Below the pieces are notes generated by a model. It had not been told where the DNA came from, did not search any database, and saw only the letters and a program-made list of their open reading frames with translations. From assembly GCA_965219995.1 (NCBI GenBank), contig CBDCOX010000002.1, positions 3,584,001 to 3,648,000 on the forward strand: a stretch of 64,000 bases of DNA, in the 5' to 3' direction. Made by a program: the position numbers and the translations under genes. Shown here piece after piece: positions 10,053 through 19,820 of this stretch. This DNA comes from Candidatus Latescibacterota bacterium. GTDB taxonomy: Bacteria; Latescibacterota; UBA2968; GCA-2709665. How positions within the stretch are numbered: position 1 is the first letter of the stretch; each line of letters opens with the position of its first letter.

Positions 10053-11135
10053 ATGTCCGGAAAAACAGGTTCCGCGCTGGTTTTTATTTCGCTCTTGACG
10101 GGCTGCGGCAATCCCGTGCCCACGTCCCCGGAGGCGACAAGCGATCTGCAGGGGTTTGAAGTCGCGGGAACGATGACGGAGAGGCGGTTCTGGCACGCGG
10201 CGGTCCTCCTGCAGGACGGCAAGGTGCTCATCACGGGCGGCGCCGCAACGGACAGTCCGGGTAATGTGCCTTCGTCGCTGTTTCGCTCCAGCACGGAAAT
10301 ATTCGATCCCGTAACGGGCACTTCGAGCAGAAGGGGCGACATGTCCCGGGCTCGCGCACTCGACATGGGAATCCTGCTGCCGGACGGACGTGTCCTGATC
10401 GCAGGCGCTGCTCAGGCCCCTCCGGAAATCTACAATCCGCAAACCGGGCGAATCACACCCGAGCCGTATGAGCCCGCCTTCGCGATCATCTCGTCGATGA
10501 CGCTGCTGACCAATGGGAAGATCCTGACCTATACCTCGCTGGGCGTCGCCACATTCGATCCCGACACCGGGGGGTTCGTGGCGCTGCCGGGTACGGTCCG
10601 CATTCGAAGAGGCCACACGGCGACCCGGCTGCGGGATGGGCGCGTACTCATCGCCGGCGGCAGTAATACCTCGGGTATGGTGAATGAATGCGAGATCTAC
10701 GATCCGTCGTCCAATACGCTTACGCCCACAGGCGACTTGAGATACGAACGGCGAGAACACAGCGCGATTCTCCTGGGGGACGGCAGCGTGTTGGTCATTG
10801 GCGGGAACACCGACGACGAGGGATCTGAAGTGTCGGTTACGGCCGCCGAGCGGTACGATCCTGCGACAGGGATGTTTTCATCGGAAGGGGATCCGGGACT
10901 CGAGCTGATTCACGCCGCTACGTTACTGCGATCGGGAGACGTGTTCATCATTGGAGATAGCGGCGAGGTCATTCTCTACGATCCCGCTACCGGTGCGTTC
11001 GGCCCGACCGGAGACAGCATAGGCGAGAATCGCGCGTTTTATACCACAACGCTGCTTCCCGACGGCCGCGTGCTGATTGCCGGTGGATTGAAGGACCTCG
11101 AGGCGACGGATCAGGTTCTGATCTACAACCCCTAG
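10053..11135 (+). CDS. Kelch-repeat beta-propeller lipoprotein K2
   Basis: Lipobox LTGC; Kelch motifs as in K1. ATG 10053 chosen because the upstream extension lies in a repeat. Confidence 0.85.
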   Translation: MSGKTGSALVFISLLTGCGNPVPTSPEATSDLQGFEVAGTMTERRFWHAAVLLQDGKVLITGGAATDSPGNVPSSLFRSSTEIFDPVTGTSSRRGDMSRARALDMGILLPDGRVLIAGAAQAPPEIYNPQTGRITPEPYEPAFAIISSMTLLTNGKILTYTSLGVATFDPDTGGFVALPGTVRIRRGHTATRLRDGRVLIAGGSNTSGMVNECEIYDPSSNTLTPTGDLRYERREHSAILLGDGSVLVIGGNTDDEGSEVSVTAAERYDPATGMFSSEGDPGLELIHAATLLRSGDVFIIGDSGEVILYDPATGAFGPTGDSIGENRAFYTTTLLPDGRVLIAGGLKDLEATDQVLIYNP

Positions 11136-11143
11136 CGTCTAAC

Positions 11144-11780
11144 GGCGGTGAGACGTAAGACGTTAGACGGTAGACGAAATGCTTGCCCGATTGATTCTCT
11201 CTTAATGCCTCGGGCAAGAAGTGAAACTGCAGAGGGCAAAAAACCCGTTAGACGCAAGACGGTAGACGGTAGAAAAAAGCGGTAAGACGTGAGACGGTAG
11301 ACGGTAGATGACATCTTTGCCAGATTGGTTTCTCCTTAATGCCTGCGGCAAGAGATGATACCGAACAGGCACTCACATCATCTCCCCTCTTACGTCTAAC
11401 GTCTCCCCGCCTTTAGGGACCTACCCCCTTCCCCCCTTCCTGAAGGAAGGGGGGAACTGCGATCCCCTCGCGGTGTCCTGGTTGTCTCCCCCTCTCCCCC
11501 CGGGAGAGGGGGCTGGGGGGAGAGGTCTGCGTAAATTCGGTGAGACGTAAGAGGGTAGACGGTAGAGGAAAACGTTACCAAGATGTTTTCACGCTAACCG
11601 TGCCTGTTTCTTTACCGACTATGGTAACGACGAGAAAAACCGCAGGGCACTCATGTCATCTCCCGTCTCCCGTCTAACGTCTCCCCGCCTTTAGGGTATT
11701 TGGGGAGATGTAAATGTTGAATTTGAAGTTGATCTTCGTCTCTTGCTTCAAGCTGACGGCTGATCGCTGAGAGCTTATTG
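11144..11780. repeat. Composite repeat cluster (family A copies, CCCTCTCCC/GGGAGAGGG palindromes, GCTGA-type repeats)
   Basis: Three family-A-type units, hairpins CCCCTTCCTGAAGGAAGGGG and CCCTCTCCCCCCGGGAGAGGG, then CTTCAAGCTGACGGCTGATCGCTGA; the same modules occur inverted at 28215-28860. Confidence 0.8.
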
Positions 11781-11818
11781 CTGACCTTAGCCGTCCAGGG
11801 AAGTGGTCGAATTCCGCT

Positions 11819-13378
11819 ATGTTGCGTCTCTGTCTCTGCATTTTTTTTTACGTTGCCTTCGCGTGGATAGAAGACTCTGCCGCATCTGAAAGGAAACCCC
11901 CGATCGTCCCGTTCGAGGGTCCTGTGAGTACCGACTGGTACGCGGCTTTTGTAGATTGGGATCAAGCGTACGGGGACAATTATCTGAACGGCCGCGACGG
12001 GGGATCGTTAGCCTGGGGTCCTTCGGCCTACGTGCAGAGGATGTATCTGAACCTCTATCGGACGTTTGACGATAAGGTCTGGCTCGATAAACTGGTAAAA
12101 CAGATCGACCGCATTCTGACGGCCCGCTCGGACGTGCCGCCGTATGAAGGGTACGATTCAAGGTACGTGGACGGTTACAGGGGTTGGGGACAGAACCGCT
12201 ACCGCCAGTACGAGCCCGAATATACCGAATGGCTTTCTGACGACGGGTTGATTATCAGCCCCATCCTGGCATTCGTGGAACTCGTCTGGGGCGATCCGTA
12301 CCTCCACACGGCCTATAAGGCCAAAGCGGATGACTACCTCCGCGCTGTGGAAGCGGACGTGATTGCGAAATGGTACGCCAACTGGGCGCCGGATCCCGGG
12401 TGGACGGAAGAGGACAACAGCCGCTACCGCGAAGACGCGGGGTACCACGTGTACGAATGGTCCGGATGGCAACGCCAGCCGCTGAATATGTACCTTTCGT
12501 TTACGGACGCGCTGATAACGCTCCGTCGACTTTCAGAATCGCCTTTTTACAAACCTTACAAGGAGGCCTTCGTACCGTTCTACGCTGAACAGAGCGAGCA
12601 GATGATGCGGTACTTTCGCCGTCAACTCTCGTACGATGCGGAAGCGGATGCCTATGCATGGAAATACGGTCCCGAGAGCCACTGGCCCGACTTGATGGAG
12701 GACGTCGGGCATGCCTTTATCGACATCCAGGCGGCGCTTCAGGGGGCACAGAGCGGGCTGAGTTTCGCCCGGCGAGATCTTGAGAGGATGGCCAATACGT
12801 TCGTCCACTATGTCTGGAACGGGAGCCTCGAGGAGCCGGCATTCAGGTACTACATCGGCGGCCCGCCGGATAAGCTCGACGCGGAACGGGGCTTCAGGGG
12901 GTGGGGCTTTCTCTACCTGGCAGGATACGACTACCGGATCTGGGAATCGATGGCCGCGTACTTCGAAGAGAAGGTTTCAATGCAGGGCGCACCGTCGCAT
13001 ATTGCGGCAACGGCCGCGATGTTTGCCATATCCATGCAGGCGCACGACCGATGGGCGCCCGGCGCTCCGCTGCACGTCGAAGTTATTCGCAGCGGACAGG
13101 ACGCGCGGATTTCGTGGCGTCGTCCGGAAACCGATGCCGACGGCACCGCGCTTACCGGGCTTAAAGGATACATCGTGCACCGGGCATCCGCGCCGCAGGG
13201 GCCCTTCGACGCGCTGAACGAGGACCCCCTGGCCGCCACGCACTATGTGGATCGCGGCGCGGGATCCGGACCCTTTTGCTTTCGGATCACCGCCGTCGAT
13301 TACCGGCGACCCCCGAATGAGGGTCCCCCGTCCGCGACCGTGACGACGTCGAACCGTCTTCCTTGTCCAGGGCCCTGA
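11819..13378 (+). CDS. Secreted hypothetical protein with helical, aromatic-rich core and C-terminal FN3-like domain
   Basis: Signal peptide; 519 aa; C-terminus PGAP..V..ISWRRP..GYIVHRA..YVD..FRITAVD..NEGPPS is FN3-like. Confidence 0.7.
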   Translation: MLRLCLCIFFYVAFAWIEDSAASERKPPIVPFEGPVSTDWYAAFVDWDQAYGDNYLNGRDGGSLAWGPSAYVQRMYLNLYRTFDDKVWLDKLVKQIDRILTARSDVPPYEGYDSRYVDGYRGWGQNRYRQYEPEYTEWLSDDGLIISPILAFVELVWGDPYLHTAYKAKADDYLRAVEADVIAKWYANWAPDPGWTEEDNSRYREDAGYHVYEWSGWQRQPLNMYLSFTDALITLRRLSESPFYKPYKEAFVPFYAEQSEQMMRYFRRQLSYDAEADAYAWKYGPESHWPDLMEDVGHAFIDIQAALQGAQSGLSFARRDLERMANTFVHYVWNGSLEEPAFRYYIGGPPDKLDAERGFRGWGFLYLAGYDYRIWESMAAYFEEKVSMQGAPSHIAATAAMFAISMQAHDRWAPGAPLHVEVIRSGQDARISWRRPETDADGTALTGLKGYIVHRASAPQGPFDALNEDPLAATHYVDRGAGSGPFCFRITAVDYRRPPNEGPPSATVTTSNRLPCPGP

Positions 13379-13637
13379 CGCCGGTCAGCGAGACAGGCGG
13401 TCGGTCCGGGAGGGGCCGCGGCCGACAACGATTGCGAGATCGATAAATTATCTTATATTTGCATAATCTTCTCTTATTTCGGCAATATTTATCGTGATTT
13501 TAGATAAAATTGCATCGCAGACTGCCAGTTTGCGAAACGGATAACCTCACCTCGCGGTTTACCGTAGCCAGGAGTTTTCGAAAAGAAATCAGCATACATG
13601 CCGTCACAGTTCGACAACCTTCGGAGGGAGCAGGGAA

Positions 13638-14294
13638 ATGGAAGGGCGGGTTACATCGGTGTCAGAAGTGGTTCGCAGCACCGTGCCGGATGAGAATTTC
13701 CAGACCAAATCGGATGAGCATTCCTCAGATTATGGCGTGTCCCGGTCCTTGACCGCGCTGCGTTGTTCTCACGAAGTCACGCAGGCCGAACTTGCGGAAC
13801 GGGCGGGTTGCACGCAGAGCAAAATCTCGAGAATTGAGAACAGCCCGAATGATCGGCTGAAATTGGAAGACCTGGCGATGTACGCACGGGCTTTCAACCT
13901 GCGAGTCTCCATTGGCTTCGAGCAGAAATTGCCCGCGGCGGACGTCATCGGAAGCCTGGCGCGCCAGATCCGGAACAGCCTCGACGACGTGGCTGAGAAG
14001 GCACAGAACGAAGGGGCGGCCGAGCGGGGCGCCGAACGGTCTTATGAAGAATTCCTGTTCAACATGCTCGATCTGTTTATGGACAAGCTGGAGGCGCTCC
14101 GGTCGCGCCGCAACGGATCCGCGGAATCAGGGGTGGCGACGAGGGCGGAAAACGGAAGACCGGAGGATCCCGCGGGCAAGAGCGAAGCGCTGACCCGTGG
14201 GCGACGGGAGAACGGGTTTCCGGGATTCAGAATATCCACGCCAATCGACATCAGCCAGGAGAACGGCAGGGCCGAATCCCAACCCGAGAAATGA
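13638..14294 (+). CDS. XRE-family HTH transcriptional regulator
   Basis: LTALRCSHEVTQAELAERAGCTQSKISRIEN cro/C1-type HTH; GGAGGGAG/AGGGA RBS upstream. Confidence 0.8.
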   Translation: MEGRVTSVSEVVRSTVPDENFQTKSDEHSSDYGVSRSLTALRCSHEVTQAELAERAGCTQSKISRIENSPNDRLKLEDLAMYARAFNLRVSIGFEQKLPAADVIGSLARQIRNSLDDVAEKAQNEGAAERGAERSYEEFLFNMLDLFMDKLEALRSRRNGSAESGVATRAENGRPEDPAGKSEALTRGRRENGFPGFRISTPIDISQENGRAESQPEK

Positions 14295-14393
14295 CGAAGC
14301 CGATCTGAAGGTGGGGCGGACATTCCTGCCCGCCTCGCCGGCCCGATTGCGTAGACTTCTCACTCACAGTACCGTTGACGCGGGGGAAAGAAG

Positions 14394-15497
14394 ATGACCG
14401 CCCGAATTGGAATCGCGCTGTTTGTTATTTCCGGTTTGTGTGCCTGTGGTGGGGATTCGCTGACGACGCCGGAGCAGCCGGACCTGGAGAGGGGTCTCCA
14501 CGAGGTCGGCGCTATGAATCACCGGCGGGGCATGCACGTCGCAACGTTATTGCAGAGTGGCAAGGTCCTGATCGCAGGCGGCTACAGAGAACTGCTCCCC
14601 AATATCGCAGACGAATCGAATCGCCATATCAGCGCGGAGATATTCGATCCTGAAACCGGGATTTCATCGCCAACGGGGAACCTGACCGTGGGTCGTTACA
14701 ATGACAAGGGAATCCTGCTTCTGGACGGACGCGTACTGATTATGTCGCGGCTTGGTCGTTTCCCCATTGAATACTACGATCCAGGCGCAGGCAGCTTCAA
14801 CGCCGTGGCGACCGTTCCCGCGAATCCGGCCATCGCGACGGCAACCCTGCTGCCCAGCGGAAAGGTCTTTGCAACGAACCCGCAGCACACGGGTGTCTTC
14901 GACCCCGGGACCGGGACATTTCCCTCGATCGCCGCGACGGACGATCGCAGCTTCGGCCATACGTCGACGCTGTTGAAGGACGGTCGCGTGCTGATCGTTG
15001 GCGGAACGCGCGGCCGACCTGAAGACGGTTTGGTCGGACGGAATCTGATTTTCGATCCCTCGTCGAGCGCGTTTACGAAAGCCGGCGAATTACAGTTCGA
15101 CCGCTCGGCCCATAAAGCGGTGCTTCTCCAGGATGGCAGGGTCCTGATCGCGGGCGGCCTGAAGGCCGATCAGCAGACTCACGTACAGAAGGCCGAGATC
15201 TACGACCCTGCAACGAACACGTTTTCACCGGCCGGAGCTTCCCTCATCCAGCCGGTCGCAGCCACGCTGCTTCCGACCGGCAAGGTATTTCTCATCCACC
15301 GGCTCAATGGCGATATCGTGCTGTACGATCCCGCCACACATACATTTGCGCCTACCGGACACAGCCTGGGGTCGCTGCGGCAGTGGGCAACGGTTACACT
15401 GCTTGAAGACGGCCGTGTCATGGTCGCCGGTGGGATCAGGGTGACGCAAAACGACAATTGGGAGATGACGGACCAAATCTTCATCTTTACGCCTTAA
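14394..15497 (+). CDS. Kelch-repeat lipoprotein K3 (array member 1)
   Basis: Lipobox LCAC; Kelch motifs; ends IFIFTP like the other array members. Confidence 0.88.
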   Translation: MTARIGIALFVISGLCACGGDSLTTPEQPDLERGLHEVGAMNHRRGMHVATLLQSGKVLIAGGYRELLPNIADESNRHISAEIFDPETGISSPTGNLTVGRYNDKGILLLDGRVLIMSRLGRFPIEYYDPGAGSFNAVATVPANPAIATATLLPSGKVFATNPQHTGVFDPGTGTFPSIAATDDRSFGHTSTLLKDGRVLIVGGTRGRPEDGLVGRNLIFDPSSSAFTKAGELQFDRSAHKAVLLQDGRVLIAGGLKADQQTHVQKAEIYDPATNTFSPAGASLIQPVAATLLPTGKVFLIHRLNGDIVLYDPATHTFAPTGHSLGSLRQWATVTLLEDGRVMVAGGIRVTQNDNWEMTDQIFIFTP

Positions 15498-15615
15498 GCG
15501 CGATCTCAATCTGAGGAATCCGTAGCGAAGGTGGGGCGGACATTCCTGTCTGCCCGCGTCGCCAGGCGCCTCTCGTAGAAGACTCACGGAAAGACAGTAG
15601 AAATGGAGGAAGAAG

Positions 15616-16737
15616 ATGACAGCCCGAATCGCAATAGCATTGTTGGGGATCTCAAGCTTCTGGGCTTGCGGGAGCGACTCGGTGACGGCACCGGAGCCGC
15701 CGGCCCATGAAAGGGGTCTCCACGAGGTTGGCGCGATGACCCGGCCGCGCTTTGAGCACGCAGCGACGTTATTACAAAGTGGAAAGGTCCTGATCGCCGG
15801 GGGCAACGCGGAAATACCTCCTTCTGAACCTGGAGTACCTTTCAGGTCCAGCGGTCTTGTCAGCGCGGAGATCTTCGATCCTGAAACCGGGGTCTCAACA
15901 CCAACGGGAGACCTGACCGCAAGTCGATGGGACGACCACGGCATATTGCTTCCCGAAGGACGGGTCCTGATGATATCCAGATTTCTTAGACTCCCCATTG
16001 AGATGTACGACCCCCACTCCGGTAGATTCGATTCCGCAGCAAACGCGCCGTGGTCAAATGGAACGAGTACTGCCACGCTGTTGCCCAACGGAGAGGTCCT
16101 TTTAATCGGAGGGTCATCCGCGGGTCGCGCACGTGTCCTCGATCCCGCTTCAGGCACACTTTCCGACACATTCAGGATGGACCATCCCGGATATGGCCAT
16201 ACGGCCACTTTGCTGAAGGACGGCCGCGTGCTGATCGTTGGAGGAGCCCGCAGGGGAGTCGAGTTGACGGGACGGAATCTGATCTACGATCCCTCATCCG
16301 AAGCCTTTTCAAGAGCAGGCGACCTGCAGTTCGACCGCGCACACCACAAGGCGGTGCTCCTTCAGGACGGCAGGGTGCTGATCGTCGGCGGCCACGTCGG
16401 AGACGGGCCTCGCGTACAGACGGCCGAGATCTACGATCCCGAAACAGACACCTTCTCGCCCGCCGGAACTTCCGCAGTGCATCCGTTGGCCGCCCTGCTG
16501 CTGCCGTCCGGCAGGGTATTTTTCATTCATTCAGACAACGGTAATATCTCTCTTTATAATCCGGATACTCAAGTATTTTCGCCGCCTACAGGGTATAGTC
16601 TAGGTCCGTGGCGAAACGGGGCGACGGTAACGCTCCTCGATGACGGCCGCGTGCTTATCGCCGGCGGATTGAAGACGGCGGATGACAGTCATTCTCATGA
16701 GTCGATTTCGGATAAGATTTTCATCTTCACGCCCTGA
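15616..16737 (+). CDS. Kelch-repeat lipoprotein K4 (array member 2)
   Basis: Lipobox FWAC; Kelch motifs; GGAG RBS. Confidence 0.88.
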   Translation: MTARIAIALLGISSFWACGSDSVTAPEPPAHERGLHEVGAMTRPRFEHAATLLQSGKVLIAGGNAEIPPSEPGVPFRSSGLVSAEIFDPETGVSTPTGDLTASRWDDHGILLPEGRVLMISRFLRLPIEMYDPHSGRFDSAANAPWSNGTSTATLLPNGEVLLIGGSSAGRARVLDPASGTLSDTFRMDHPGYGHTATLLKDGRVLIVGGARRGVELTGRNLIYDPSSEAFSRAGDLQFDRAHHKAVLLQDGRVLIVGGHVGDGPRVQTAEIYDPETDTFSPAGTSAVHPLAALLLPSGRVFFIHSDNGNISLYNPDTQVFSPPTGYSLGPWRNGATVTLLDDGRVLIAGGLKTADDSHSHESISDKIFIFTP

Positions 16738-16744
16738 GTGTACC

Positions 16745-17060
16745 GTGAGGCTTGGGAAGCGTCCGCGCAAATGTGATTACTCTGTTTCAGCGTTCGCGTT
16801 GGGAGAATCGAGAAGACGGGAGATTCTTCGCTGCGCTCAGAATGACGGGTCTTGCAATAACCATTGACGAAAAGTACCGGTCAGATCTTCGCTCCGCTCT
16901 GAATGACAGGCTGGCCGATCGTCAAATACGATGCTTCCCGCTGTCATACAGAGGAGGCCTGCGAGCGACGTCCGCGAAACGCTTCCGTCACAAGTTCGCC
17001 GAGATTGTCATCCAGAGGACGCTCCGCAGGCCGACGAAGGATCTGCTGCAGCATGGGAAA
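16745..17060. repeat. REP-like mosaic (CTCAGAATGAC family)
   Basis: GACGGGAGATTCTTCGCTGCGCTCAGAATGAC, TGTCATCCAGAGGA and GCCGACGAAGGATCT modules shared with 1375-2470. Confidence 0.7.
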
Positions 17061-17164
17061 TGGCTTGAGCGTCTGACGCTCGGTTCGAACTGAAATGCAG
17101 CACAGCCGATTCCCTTCTCGTGTTGTGGGAGAATGTCAGTTCACTCGCAGTCGTGGAGGCAAAC

Positions 17165-18301
17165 ATGATGAATGCCAGGTTCTGTTTTGCACTGTTAATC
17201 ATCACGAGCCTCTGGGCTTGCGGTAGCGATTCGGTGACCACATCGGAGCCGCCGGCCCTTGAAAGGGGTCTTCACGAGGTTGGAAACCTGACCCGACCCC
17301 GGTATTGGCATGCCGCGACGTTACTGAACGATGGCAAGGTCCTGATCGCGGGCGGCCTCGAAGAACTGCCGCTCGTACTCGCGGGGCCGCCTCCCCCGGG
17401 TACCCCCATTCCCCAGCCGAAGCGTCTTATCAGCGCGGAAATATTCGATCCTGAAACCGGGGTCTCAACGCCGACGGGAGACCTGACGGCCAGTCGCAGC
17501 GAGGACCACGGCGTATTGCTTCCCGACGGCCGGGTTCTGATCATACCCAAGAATCCCAATCTCCCCATTGAGAGGTACGATGCTCATTCCGGCAGATTCA
17601 ACCCTGTGGCAATGTTACCTGGGAGAATTGGGATTCTGACTGCCACCCCGCTGCCCAGCGGAAAGGTCTTCTTGACCAGCACGGTATACGCGGGTGTCTT
17701 CGACCCGACGACAGGCCCATTTTCTCCCTTATTCAGGATGGACCCTACCCGAATTGGTCATACGGCGACTCTGTTGAAGGATGGCAGGGTGCTGATCGCC
17801 GGAGGACAGAATGTTGGACGGGACGCAGTGTTGCTGGGTCGGAATCTTATTTATGATCCGTCGACCGAAGCCCTTTCGGAAGCAGGCAACTTGCAATTCG
17901 ACCGCGTAAACCATAAGGCGGTGCTTCTGGAGGACGGCAGGATTCTGATCATTGGCGGCGCCGCCGGTCGAGGGCCATTCGTCCAAACGGCCGAGATTTA
18001 CGACCCGCAAACCAACGCCTTTTCGCCGGCCGGCGTCTCAACGATCGATCCGAGCGCCGCCCTGCTGCTGCCGTCCGGCGAAGTGTTTCTCATCCGCTCG
18101 TATAACGGCGATATCGTACTGTATGATCCCGCCACGCACACATTTTCCAATACAGGATTCAGCATCAGCCCGCGCAGGTCTTTCGCTACGGCCACGCTCC
18201 TTGAAGATGGCCGCGTGATGGTCGCCGGCGGCTTGAAGTGGACGGATGACAATCACGATTGGGAGTCGACTACGGATCAGATTTTCATTTTCACACCCTG
18301 A
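17165..18301 (+). CDS. Kelch-repeat lipoprotein K5 (array member 3)
   Basis: GGAGG RBS before ATG 17165/17168; lipobox LWAC; Kelch motifs. Confidence 0.88.
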   Translation: MMNARFCFALLIITSLWACGSDSVTTSEPPALERGLHEVGNLTRPRYWHAATLLNDGKVLIAGGLEELPLVLAGPPPPGTPIPQPKRLISAEIFDPETGVSTPTGDLTASRSEDHGVLLPDGRVLIIPKNPNLPIERYDAHSGRFNPVAMLPGRIGILTATPLPSGKVFLTSTVYAGVFDPTTGPFSPLFRMDPTRIGHTATLLKDGRVLIAGGQNVGRDAVLLGRNLIYDPSTEALSEAGNLQFDRVNHKAVLLEDGRILIIGGAAGRGPFVQTAEIYDPQTNAFSPAGVSTIDPSAALLLPSGEVFLIRSYNGDIVLYDPATHTFSNTGFSISPRRSFATATLLEDGRVMVAGGLKWTDDNHDWESTTDQIFIFTP

Positions 18302-18434
18302 GAGTAACCGCGCACCTGATCTGTTATGTTGAGGATGCCGGTCTGAAGGTGGGGCGGACATTCCTGTCTGCCCGCCTCGCCAGCCCTGTCAAGTAGGTGT
18401 CGAACTCACAGTCCCTTGCTGTGGAGTATAGAAG

Positions 18435-19547
18435 ATGACGACCAGAATCCTGTTTGCGCTGTTCATCCTCTCAAGCCTGTGGGCCTGCGGGGGCGACTCG
18501 GTGACGACGCCGGAGCAGCCGGTCCGTGAGATGGGACTCCGCGAGGTCGGTAAGATGAGCCTGCCGCGCTATAAGCACGGCGCAACGCTGCTGCAGAATG
18601 GCAAGGTCCTGTTTGCCGGGGGTAACGCGGCGCTACCTCCTGCCGGAGAAGGTGTCTGGGAGTTCGATGGTCTTTTCAACGCGGAGATTTTCGATCCTGA
18701 AACCGGAACCTTAACGCCAACGGGAAACCTGACCGCCAGTCGCGAAGAGGACCACGGAATATTGCTTCCCGACGGCCGGGTCCTGATCATAACCGGGTTT
18801 GGTAGTTTCTCCATTGAGATGTACGATCCACATTCCGGAAGATTCGACGATGTGGCTGTCTTGCCCTGGAAAGTCGGGACGGAGACTGCCACCCTGTTGC
18901 CCAACGGAGCCGTTTTTTTAACCAGCTTCATACGTGCGGGTGTCTTCGACCCCACGAGAGGTACGTTTTCCACCACATTCAGGATGTATCCTACCCGGCT
19001 GGGCCATACGGCGACTTTGTTGAAGGACGGCAGGGTGCTGATCGTAGGAGGAAATATTTTCGGAGGGAAATGGTTGCTGGGACAGAATCTGATCTATGAT
19101 CCCTCGACCGATGCCTTATCGGAAGCAGGTAACCTGCAGTTCGACCGCAGGAATCATAAGGCGGTGCTCCTTCAGGACGGCAGGGTACTGATCGCAGGCG
19201 GCTACGATGCAGACCTGGATCGCGTACTGACGGCCGAGATCTATGACCCCGAAACAAACACCTTCTCGGCCGCCGGAACGTCCGCAATGAATCCAATGGC
19301 CGCCCTTCTATTGCCGTCCGGCAGGGTATTTTTCATTCACTATGACAACGGAAATATCTCCTTTTTTGATCCGGATACTCAAGTATTTTCGCCGCCTACA
19401 GGGCACAGTATAGGTCCGTCGCGATACGGGGCGACGGTAACGCTCCTCGATGACGGCCGCGTCGTTATCGCCGGCGGATTGAAGTGGAGTGATGACAGTC
19501 ACTCTCATGAGTCGATTTCGGATAAGATTTTGATTTTCACGCCATGA
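18435..19547 (+). CDS. Kelch-repeat lipoprotein K6 (array member 4)
   Basis: Lipobox LWAC; Kelch motifs. Confidence 0.88.
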   Translation: MTTRILFALFILSSLWACGGDSVTTPEQPVREMGLREVGKMSLPRYKHGATLLQNGKVLFAGGNAALPPAGEGVWEFDGLFNAEIFDPETGTLTPTGNLTASREEDHGILLPDGRVLIITGFGSFSIEMYDPHSGRFDDVAVLPWKVGTETATLLPNGAVFLTSFIRAGVFDPTRGTFSTTFRMYPTRLGHTATLLKDGRVLIVGGNIFGGKWLLGQNLIYDPSTDALSEAGNLQFDRRNHKAVLLQDGRVLIAGGYDADLDRVLTAEIYDPETNTFSAAGTSAMNPMAALLLPSGRVFFIHYDNGNISFFDPDTQVFSPPTGHSIGPSRYGATVTLLDDGRVVIAGGLKWSDDSHSHESISDKILIFTP

Positions 19548-19569
19548 GAGGCGCCAGAGCCATTACTGT

Positions 19570-19795
19570 TAATCTGAGGAAGCCGTGAGACTTGCGATGC
19601 GTCCGCGCACATATGTTTACCGTGATTCACCGATAGGACAATCGAATAGACGGGAGATTCTTCGACTCCGCTCAGAATGACATAAATCGCAATAACTCTG
19701 GTCGAGATGTATTCGTCATGCTTTGGCCCGAACTGTCATGCTGAGCAGGCCGGTGTAGAGGTGGAGCGGACATTCCTGTCTGCCCGCATCGCCAG
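19570..19795. repeat. REP-like mosaic
   Basis: GCGTCCGCGC..GACGGGAGATTCTTCGACTCCGCTCAGAATGAC plus GGAGCGGACATTCCTGTCTGCC hairpin. Confidence 0.7.
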
Positions 19796-19820
19796 CGTTC
19801 TTTCGAAAAGGAGACACAAC

